Part shown: piece by piece, positions 53,252 through 60,031 of the stretch
Layout of the letters: each line of letters opens with the position of its first letter
Position numbering within the stretch: position 1 is the stretch's first letter
DNA from: an uncultured Erysipelotrichaceae bacterium
GTDB lineage: Bacteria > Bacillota_I > Bacilli_A > RF39 > UBA660
Direction: 5' to 3'
Assembly: GCA_902783895.1 (NCBI GenBank)
Contig: CACZST010000025.1
Location: 1-60,031, forward strand
Length of the DNA: 60,031 nucleotides
Program-made: the position numbers and the translations under genes
The notes under the pieces: generated by a model
Databases searched by the model: none
What the model saw: the letters and a program-made list of their open reading frames with translations, nothing else
Told to the model about the DNA's origin: nothing

Positions 53252-54602
53252 AAAGAAAAGTATTTTTAAAAGAATTGGTAAATTTTTAGATAAAAAAATA
53301 GTTATGCCAATTACTAGATTTGTTTATAATATTGGAAATAAATTAGGTATTTCAAATAAATCAATTGAAAGATGGCTTTCTAAATCAAATACACTTTTAT
53401 TTGTGTCACTTGTTTTAGCAATTTTGATTTTCATTGTTATTGATCAGCAATTAGCACAGTTTAATAATAAGACAGCGGAAGTTTTAAAAAATCAGAAGGT
53501 TGAGGCTATTTATAATTCAGAGGCTTATGTGGTAGAAGGTTTACCTAAAACAGTTGATATTACTTTAATGGGAAGTAGATCTGATTTGTTTATTGCTAAA
53601 CAATCAACATCTTCAAAGGTAACAGTTGATTTAACTGGTTTAAAACCGGGTGTTCATAAGGTAAATATTGAGTATACACAGCCAGTTGGGTCTATTACTT
53701 ATAGTGTAAATCCATCTGTAGCAACTGTTAATATTTATCCAAAGATTTCTGAATCTAAAACTTTAACAGTTGATTTATTAAATCAAGATAGTTTAGATCC
53801 AAAACTTGTTATAGATAGTGTAACACCTGAAGTTGATAGTGTTGTTGTTAAGGGTACTGATGATCCTAAGGCTATTAATAACTTAAATAAGGTAGCTACT
53901 GTTAAGGCATTAGTTAATGTATCTGATTTAACTTTAACTGATGAGGGAAAGGTTACATTAAAAGATGTTCCTTTGAAAGCTTATGATAAAGATGGTAATG
54001 GACTCGATGTTGAGATTGTACCTTCAAAGATTAAAGTGGATGTTAAAGTATCTTCTCCAAGTAAAGAGGTACCAATTAAAGTGGTTCCATCAGGTGAAGT
54101 CGGCTTTGGTAAAGCTATTAGTTTAATTTCTACTAATGTGTCAAAGGTTACTGTGTATGGAAAACAAAGTACATTAGATAAATTACAATATGTTCCTTTG
54201 AAAGTAGATGTTAATGGTTTAAAAAATGATAAAGAATTTAAACTTGAACTTACTAAACCTCGTGGTATTAATTCAATGAGTGTTAAAAATGTAACTGTTA
54301 ATGTTTCTTTAGGTGATTCTGTAGATAAGAATATTGATAATGTTAATATTGATGTTAGAAATTTAGATGATAAATATAGCGTTCAAGGTCTTAGTGCTGA
54401 TGATATTAAAGTAACTGTAAATGCTCAAGGAGTTGAATCTGTTTTAAATGGTTTAACTAGTGAGGATGTAGTTGCATATGTTGATCTTAAAGGGTATAAA
54501 CCTGGTGAATATGAAGTTCCTGTTAAGGTTGAAGGAAATGATCCAAGAGTTCAGTTTGTTTCAAAAACTAAAAAGGTAAAAATTAGAGTCGTTGAAAAGT
54601 AA
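53244..54602 (+). CDS. cdaR: CdaA regulatory protein CdaR (YbbR-domain repeats)
   Basis: The GTG start at 53244 follows a GAGGAGG SD and overlaps cdaA by 8 nt. An N-terminal TM is followed by four YbbR-like beta-rich repeats. Confidence 0.85.
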   Translation: MNKKKSIFKRIGKFLDKKIVMPITRFVYNIGNKLGISNKSIERWLSKSNTLLFVSLVLAILIFIVIDQQLAQFNNKTAEVLKNQKVEAIYNSEAYVVEGLPKTVDITLMGSRSDLFIAKQSTSSKVTVDLTGLKPGVHKVNIEYTQPVGSITYSVNPSVATVNIYPKISESKTLTVDLLNQDSLDPKLVIDSVTPEVDSVVVKGTDDPKAINNLNKVATVKALVNVSDLTLTDEGKVTLKDVPLKAYDKDGNGLDVEIVPSKIKVDVKVSSPSKEVPIKVVPSGEVGFGKAISLISTNVSKVTVYGKQSTLDKLQYVPLKVDVNGLKNDKEFKLELTKPRGINSMSVKNVTVNVSLGDSVDKNIDNVNIDVRNLDDKYSVQGLSADDIKVTVNAQGVESVLNGLTSEDVVAYVDLKGYKPGEYEVPVKVEGNDPRVQFVSKTKKVKIRVVEK

Positions 54603-54617
54603 CTTCGGTTACTTTTT
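54595..54617 (+). terminator. Intrinsic terminator after cdaR
   Basis: AAAAGTAAC, a TTCG loop, then GTTACTTTT, followed by T. Confidence 0.8.
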
Positions 54618-54671
54618 AATTTGACTTTGTGTATAAAAAAGACTATTATTATTTTATAGGAAGGTGTTTAT

Positions 54672-55223
54672 ATGTTTAAAAGAATGCGTAATACTTTAAT
54701 AATGATATCTATATTATGTTTGTTGATTGGAATAATAATGCTTTTATATCCAGCGCGAGTTAGTGATTTAATATGTTACTTTGTTGGAATTATGTTCCTA
54801 TTTATTGGAATAGCTGGAATCGTTATGTATGTTAAAGATGAGGTAAAGACTCCATTTAGTAGTGCTTCGCTTATTATTTCAGTAATTTTTGGAGCTTTAG
54901 GAATTTATATAATTTTAAATCCTCAAAAATTTGCTTCATTCATTCCTTTAATAATAGGTATATTCTTGATTTTTGATTCAGTAAGTAAGTTATCTTCAGC
55001 ATTTGATTTAAAGAAATTTGGATATAGTAATTGGTGGGGTATGCTTGTAGTAGCGTTTATTGTTTTAGTTTGTGGACTTGTACTTATTATGAATCCTTTT
55101 GGAGCTATTCAAGTAACTATTATGATTATTGGTTCAATGCTTATATTTGATGCTATTAGTAATATATTTACTATTTATAGTTATTCTAAGATTAATACTG
55201 ATACTGATGCTTTAATAAAATAA
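54672..55223 (+). CDS. DUF308/HdeD-like six-TM membrane protein
   Basis: 183 aa with paired-helix repeats ('GI..I..G...I..P'), typical of the HdeD family. Confidence 0.55.
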   Translation: MFKRMRNTLIMISILCLLIGIIMLLYPARVSDLICYFVGIMFLFIGIAGIVMYVKDEVKTPFSSASLIISVIFGALGIYIILNPQKFASFIPLIIGIFLIFDSVSKLSSAFDLKKFGYSNWWGMLVVAFIVLVCGLVLIMNPFGAIQVTIMIIGSMLIFDAISNIFTIYSYSKINTDTDALIK

Positions 55224-55249
55224 ATCTTCAAATTTGAAGATTTATTTTT
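55222..55249. terminator. Bidirectional terminator (perfect 22-nt palindrome)
   Basis: AAATCTTCAAA pairs with TTTGAAGATTT between convergent genes. A T-run follows. Confidence 0.7.
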
Positions 55250-55439
55250 CTATATGGTTAAAAAGTAAACCAATATTGATTAATCCGGCAATACCAACTA
55301 ATATATAAATAAGATTTGTAAGCATTGTTTTAACACCGAATATATTATTTACAATATTTATGTCAAAAAGTCCAACTAATCCCCAGTTAATCGCACCGAT
55401 AATGGTAAAAACTAGGCATATTTTTTGTAATGTTTCCAT
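55242..55439 (-). CDS. DUF378 small membrane protein
   Basis: 65 aa from ATG 55439. 'IIGAINWGLVGLF' is the DUF378 signature. Confidence 0.7.
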   Translation of the reverse strand: METLQKICLVFTIIGAINWGLVGLFDINIVNNIFGVKTMLTNLIYILVGIAGLINIGLLFNHIEK

Positions 55440-55547
55440 ATTTTTCACCCTTTCTTTTCTAATTGTTATTTTGAACAAAAAAATTAAAATTATTCATCAT
55501 ATTTTTTTAATTATTTGGGTATAATTAACCAGAAAGATGGTGATAGT

Positions 55548-56540
55548 ATGAAAAAACTATTTTTAGTTTTGAGCATGTGTTTATTATTTACTGGATGTGG
55601 AAAATATTCTAGTGGTGATGCACAAAAAGATTTAGAAAAGAAATTAGAAAATACTTCAAATTATCAATTAGTTGGTGAAATGGAGATTGTAAATAATGAT
55701 GATGTATATAAATATGATGTGGATGTTTCATATAGTAAAACTGATAAGTTTAGAGTTTCACTTAAAAATAAAACAAATAATCATGAGCAAATTATTTTAA
55801 AAAATGAAGATGGTGTTTATGTTTTAACTCCGGCTTTAAATAAGAGTTTTAAGTTCCAAAGTGATTGGCCATATAATAATTCTCAAGTTTATTTACTTCA
55901 AACATTGCTTGCAGATATTCAAAATGATAATAAAAAGGAATTTAAAGAGACTACTAATAATTATATTTTCACAACTACAGTAAATTATCCTAATAATAGT
56001 GATTTAACTCATCAAAAAATTTATTTTGATAAAAAGATGAATCCTAGTAAGGTAGAAGTTTTAAATAAAGATAACGATGTTTTAATCAAAATGACATTTA
56101 AAAAATGTGATATGAAAGCTAAATTTAATAATAAATATTTTACTTTAGATAATAATATGAAAGTTTCTAAAGATGATACCATAATAGAAGATGTTAGTAA
56201 ATTAGATTCTGATATTTATCCTATGTATGTTCCTGAAAATACAAAGCTTGCAGATAAACAGACAATAAATTTGGATAATGGTCAAAGAGTTATAATGACT
56301 TTTGAGGGTGATAATCCATTTATGCTGGCATATCAAACTGCGGGTGTGAGTGATGATTCTGCTACTGTATCTATGTATGGTGATCCTTATCAAATGGCTA
56401 TGGGAGTTGCTGCTGTTTCGGATAATATGGTTTCATGGGTTAGTAATGGAATAGAGTATTATGTCGTTGCTGATAATATGAGTGAGAGTGAACTTGTTAA
56501 TGTAGCCTCTTCGGTTTCGGTAATTCCTGTTGGAAAATAG
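55548..56540 (+). CDS. Lipoprotein, LolA-fold/DUF4367-like
   Basis: ATG 55548. The lipobox is 'LLFTGCGK'. The C-terminal 'VSWVSNGIEYYVVADNMSESELVNVASS' resembles DUF4367. Confidence 0.55.
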   Translation: MKKLFLVLSMCLLFTGCGKYSSGDAQKDLEKKLENTSNYQLVGEMEIVNNDDVYKYDVDVSYSKTDKFRVSLKNKTNNHEQIILKNEDGVYVLTPALNKSFKFQSDWPYNNSQVYLLQTLLADIQNDNKKEFKETTNNYIFTTTVNYPNNSDLTHQKIYFDKKMNPSKVEVLNKDNDVLIKMTFKKCDMKAKFNNKYFTLDNNMKVSKDDTIIEDVSKLDSDIYPMYVPENTKLADKQTINLDNGQRVIMTFEGDNPFMLAYQTAGVSDDSATVSMYGDPYQMAMGVAAVSDNMVSWVSNGIEYYVVADNMSESELVNVASSVSVIPVGK

Positions 56541-56588
56541 TTTGAATTTTGCCCTAAATGTGCTATAATTATGCACAGGTGATATGAA

Positions 56589-57248
56589 ATGGAAGAAAAA
56601 AAGAAATCCAATAAAAAAAGTAATTCTGAGAAAATAGAAAACAAAGTCAAAAAAGAAGAAAAAGAATTAAAAAAAGACATTAAGAAAGTAAAAAAAGAAG
56701 TTTCAGAAGCTAAAGAAAAGAGAGTAAAAGATAAAACTATTAAGGAAGCAAGAAGAGAAATGCATTATGCTTCTAATAATGAGGATGATGAATTTAAAAA
56801 GTTAATTAGAATTATTCTAATTGTTACAGCAGTGATGATTGTTTTTTATGGTATAACTGTTTTAGTTACTCAAAAATCAAATAAATCTTCAGCAAATAAA
56901 AATGAAAATACAGTAAAGATTCAATATGATAATATTGTGATTGGTTCAATGCTTAATATTGATGGTAATTTTTATGTTTTAATAGAAGATGCTAAGGATA
57001 GTCATTTAAATGAATATAATACTTTACTTCAATCTATTAAAGCAAATGATGACGCACCAAAAGTATATATTGCTGATTTATCAGATTCATTTAATAAAAA
57101 ATATTTATCAGATGAAAGTGACTATACATCAGAAATTAGTAACTTTAAAGTTAAAGGAACTACTTTAGTTAAAATTGAAGATCATAAGATTGTTGATACT
57201 TACGATGATTATGATGCAATATATTCTAAACTTAGTGATTTAGAGTAG
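56589..57248 (+). CDS. Hypothetical protein with K/E-rich N-terminus and single TM
   Basis: 219 aa. A highly charged ~60-aa head is followed by the TM 'IILIVTAVMIVFYGITVLV' and then a globular tail. Confidence 0.5.
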   Translation: MEEKKKSNKKSNSEKIENKVKKEEKELKKDIKKVKKEVSEAKEKRVKDKTIKEARREMHYASNNEDDEFKKLIRIILIVTAVMIVFYGITVLVTQKSNKSSANKNENTVKIQYDNIVIGSMLNIDGNFYVLIEDAKDSHLNEYNTLLQSIKANDDAPKVYIADLSDSFNKKYLSDESDYTSEISNFKVKGTTLVKIEDHKIVDTYDDYDAIYSKLSDLE

Positions 57249-57258
57249 TGTAAATAAG

Positions 57259-57279
57259 AGATACTTTGGTATCTTTTTT
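57259..57279 (+). terminator. Intrinsic terminator
   Basis: AGATAC, a TTTG loop, GTATCT, then T5. Confidence 0.6.
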
Positions 57280-57331
57280 GTTTGGTTTTTATTTGTTTAT
57301 GGTATACTAAAAATAGACTTTGGGTGATATG

Positions 57332-58558
57332 ATGAAAAGGGAAATTAAAAAAACAAATGACAAACTTAAAGAACTTTCTTCAGTACTTGGAAATATTGAT
57401 GTTAAGAAAAGTGTTGATAAGAGAGCTTTTAAAACTAGTGAAGTAGTTATTTTGGTTATTTTAACGGCTATTATTGGTATTTTAATAGGAAGTTTGGTAA
57501 CTTATAACTTATCTAAAACTAGTGGTGAAAGGCTGGATAGTGGGTTAGAGGAGTTTATTGAAAATTATGAATATATAGTTAATAATTATTATGGTGATAT
57601 TGATGAGGATAAACTTTTATCTGGAGCGCTTGCTGGTATGATGTCAACTTTGGATAAAAATTCTACTTATATGGGCGATGAAAGTAATAATTTTAATGTA
57701 ACTCTTGAAGGAAGTTATAAAGGAATTGGTGTTGAAGTAATAGAAAAAGATGGAACTTTAGTTATTTCTAAGGTTATGGATAATAGTCCAGCTAAAGATG
57801 CGGGATTAAAATCTGGTGATATTTTGCTTAAATTAAATGGTAAAAGTATGAGCGGAAAATCATCAGCGGAGTTTGCTTCTATTATTAATGAAAACAATAA
57901 GGTAAAACTTGTATATGAGCGTGATGGAAAAAATTATACTGCTGTTTTAAAACCAAAACTTATAAATTTGAAATCTGTTACTTCTAAATTAATAGATAAT
58001 AAGGTTGGTTATATTGATGTTTCAATATTTGCTAATAATACATATGAACAATTTAAGAATGAACTTTCAAAATTACAGAAGGATAATATATCAGGGTTAA
58101 TTATTGATTTAAGAGGAAATGTAGGTGGTCATTTGGTGACTGCTGAAAAAATATTATCATTATTTTTAGATTCCTCTCATCCTATATATAAGATAAAGGA
58201 TAAAAATAATATTGAAACTTTTTACTCAGAAGGTAAGATGAATACAAAATACAAAATAGTTATTTTAGTTGATGAAAACAGTGCATCAGCATCTGAGGTT
58301 GTTGCTTCAGCTTTAAAAGAACAATATGGCGCGACTATTATAGGAATAAAAACTTATGGTAAAGGTACAGTTCAAGAACTTCAAACTTTACCAAATGGTC
58401 AGCAGTATAAATTAACGACTAAGGAATGGTTAACTTCAAAAGGTAATTCTATTGATGGAGTTGGTATAACTCCAGATATTATTATGGATGAAAGTGATAA
58501 AAATATAAATTTTGATGATGACCCATATATAAGGAAAGCACTCGAACAGTTAGGATAA
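57332..58558 (+). CDS. S41-family C-terminal processing peptidase with PDZ domain
   Basis: 'YKGIGVEV' and the PDZ 'AGLKSGDILLKLNG' are present. 'DLRGNVGG', 'NSASASEV' (Ser) and 'TYGKGTVQ' (Lys) match S41. The start is ambiguous between 57320, 57329 and 57332. Confidence 0.88.
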   Translation: MKREIKKTNDKLKELSSVLGNIDVKKSVDKRAFKTSEVVILVILTAIIGILIGSLVTYNLSKTSGERLDSGLEEFIENYEYIVNNYYGDIDEDKLLSGALAGMMSTLDKNSTYMGDESNNFNVTLEGSYKGIGVEVIEKDGTLVISKVMDNSPAKDAGLKSGDILLKLNGKSMSGKSSAEFASIINENNKVKLVYERDGKNYTAVLKPKLINLKSVTSKLIDNKVGYIDVSIFANNTYEQFKNELSKLQKDNISGLIIDLRGNVGGHLVTAEKILSLFLDSSHPIYKIKDKNNIETFYSEGKMNTKYKIVILVDENSASASEVVASALKEQYGATIIGIKTYGKGTVQELQTLPNGQQYKLTTKEWLTSKGNSIDGVGITPDIIMDESDKNINFDDDPYIRKALEQLG

Positions 58559-58615
58559 TATATATCCTTTTCTTTTGCTTAAAAAAAGTTTATAATTAGA
58601 TAAGGAGGCGGGATA

Positions 58616-59149
58616 ATGGAAAAGCTTAAAGTAGGTGATAAGTTACAAATTCAATGTTATAAGCACGATGGTAAAGTTCATAGATCCTGGGATGAGGCTA
58701 TAGTATTAGATGTTAAAGATGATTATATTGTTTTTGGTAATGAGAAGACTTTAGTTACTGAGGCACAGGGTAATACTTGGAGAACAAAAGAACCAGCGGT
58801 TATGTATTTTTTTAAAGATGAGTGGTATAACATTATTGTTCAATTAAAAAAAGATGGTGTAACATATTACTGTAATATTGCATCACCATTTATAATAGAG
58901 GATAGGACTATTAAATATATAGATTATGATTTAGATTTAAGAATTTTTCCTAATGGAAGTTTTAAAATATTAGATAAACAAGAGTATAAATATCATAAGA
59001 AAAAGATGAATTATTCAGCTGATTTAGATATTGTTGTTAATAATGCTTTATCTGAACTTATTACAAGTTATCAAAAAAATAATATAATGTTTAATTTAGA
59101 ACATAACTTGATGTATGGTAAATTATATGATGAACTTAAGAAAAAATAG
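58616..59149 (+). CDS. DUF402 nucleoside tri/diphosphate phosphatase (Ntdp/YgaC-like)
   Basis: 177 aa. 'YKHDGKVHRSW', 'YYCNIASP' and 'IDYDLDL' match the family. Confidence 0.8.
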   Translation: MEKLKVGDKLQIQCYKHDGKVHRSWDEAIVLDVKDDYIVFGNEKTLVTEAQGNTWRTKEPAVMYFFKDEWYNIIVQLKKDGVTYYCNIASPFIIEDRTIKYIDYDLDLRIFPNGSFKILDKQEYKYHKKKMNYSADLDIVVNNALSELITSYQKNNIMFNLEHNLMYGKLYDELKKK

Positions 59150-59169
59150 TCATTTTTGACTACTTTTTT
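59147..59169 (+). terminator. Intrinsic terminator
   Basis: TAGTCA, a TTTT loop, TGACTA, then CT6. Confidence 0.6.
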
Positions 59170-59208
59170 CATATATTATAAAGAATTCAAAAAAATTCAA
59201 AAAAGTTG

Positions 59209-59237
59209 TTGACATGGGTATATTTATTTGATATATT
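59209..59237 (+). promoter_or_regulatory. rRNA operon promoter P1
   Basis: TTGACA, a 17-nt spacer, then TATATT. An A-tract UP-like element (ATTCAAAAAAATTCAAAAAAG) precedes it. Confidence 0.65.
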
Positions 59238-59310
59238 ATTTGTGCATTTGAGAGAGAAAAACTTAAATTTCATGTAAATTTCAAAAAATGAAATTTTTCT
59301 GAAAAAAGTA

Positions 59311-59339
59311 TTGACACAACCATTAAATGCGTGTATATT
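59311..59339 (+). promoter_or_regulatory. rRNA operon promoter P2
   Basis: TTGACA, a 17-nt spacer, then TATATT. GAAAAAAG lies upstream. Confidence 0.65.
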
Positions 59340-59422
59340 ATTGAATGTTGCGTGAGAGAAATCAAGCAAAACACTTTGCAGATATTACTCAATAAAAAAG
59401 TCAAAAAAATTCAAAAAAACAC

Positions 59423-59451
59423 TTGACTTAATGAGTTATATCCTGTATACT
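59423..59451 (+). promoter_or_regulatory. rRNA operon promoter P3
   Basis: TTGACT, a 17-nt spacer, then TATACT. AAAAAGTCAAAAAAATTCAAAAAAAC lies upstream. Confidence 0.65.
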
Positions 59452-59534
59452 AAAGAAAGTGTTTAGTGAGAGGGACTTACAAAACATGTTTCAAAATTAG
59501 ATGTCGAAAAAAGTCAAAAAAATTCAAAAAACAC

Positions 59535-59563
59535 TTGACTTAATCATCTAAGTTTGATATACT
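59535..59563 (+). promoter_or_regulatory. rRNA operon promoter P4
   Basis: TTGACT, a 17-nt spacer, then TATACT. The upstream unit is nearly identical to that of P3. Confidence 0.65.
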
Positions 59564-59588
59564 TAATTTGTTGCATTTGCAACTGAAT

Positions 59589-59605
59589 GATCTTTGAAAA
59601 CTGAG
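59589..59605 (+). promoter_or_regulatory. boxA-like antitermination element in rRNA leader
   Basis: GATCTTTGAAAACTGAG resembles the Firmicute rrn leader boxA (TTCTTTGAAAACT). Confidence 0.4.
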
Positions 59606-59658
59606 CAAAATGTCAATTCACTTTAAATTAGTCAGAATTTAATTTTTAAATATATATT

Positions 59659-60031
<373 letters not shown>

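Noticed and set aside
52945-57897. ORFs 52945..53154(-), 56202..56393(-), 56459..56680(-) and 57715..57897(-)
   Set aside because: They are antisense to cdaA, the lipoprotein, the K/E-rich protein and the S41 protease respectively. They are mirror-frame artefacts.
59187-59369. 60-aa ORF on the minus strand in the rRNA promoter region
   Set aside because: It spans the tandem promoters P1 and P2 and an A/T-tract. The region is better explained as rrn regulatory DNA.

Overview
This is a 60-kb chromosomal window from a very AT-rich, low-GC Bacillota genome. It uses the standard genetic code: TGA closes ORFs and tRNA-Trp has a CCA anticodon. The organism is probably a spore-former, since cwlD-like and cwlJ-like genes are present. 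The partial 16S at the right edge looks Erysipelotrichia- or Clostridia-like by eye, but I cannot place it without a database search.

Layout:
- 1-7.5 kb: distal spc/alpha ribosomal super-operon, from the rpsN tail through rplQ. rpmJ is missing from the ORF track, and there is no rpmD.
- 7.5-12 kb: an accessory block splits the normally contiguous rplQ-ecfA junction.
- 12-16 kb: ecfA1-ecfA2-ecfT-truA-rplM-rpsI.
- 16-24 kb: an RNA-modification gene pair, then a cell-surface block (PIG-L deacetylase + YfhO; thioester-domain adhesin + sortase), a CYTH protein and a Cys-rich protein.
- 24-27 kb: cwlD, an Abi_2 abortive-infection gene and htrA.
- 27-33 kb: a cwlJ/GT2 operon, then a Sau3AI-type restriction-modification island with an extra P-loop gene, abutting tRNA-Trp.
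- 33-59 kb: mixed housekeeping and envelope genes. These include glmS without a ribozyme, two DedA paralogs, FAD enzymes, thioredoxin-like lipoproteins, a stand-alone Clp-D1-like AAA+ protein, trmL, cdaA-cdaR, an S41 protease and Ntdp.
- 59.2-60 kb: four tandem rRNA promoters and the 16S 5' end.

I saw no CRISPR array, transposase or integrase.

The best candidates for something undescribed are:
1. The three-ORF AT-rich cassette at 7.5-9.4 kb, which carries two tandem HigB/Gp49 (RelE-fold)-like cores.
2. The R-M island with a co-transcribed P-loop kinase-like gene.
3. The Q/N-rich single-module Clp-like AAA+ protein flanked by thioredoxin-fold envelope proteins.
4. The sortase/adhesin pair with a non-canonical sorting signal.

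All family assignments come from motif recognition by eye, not from searches.
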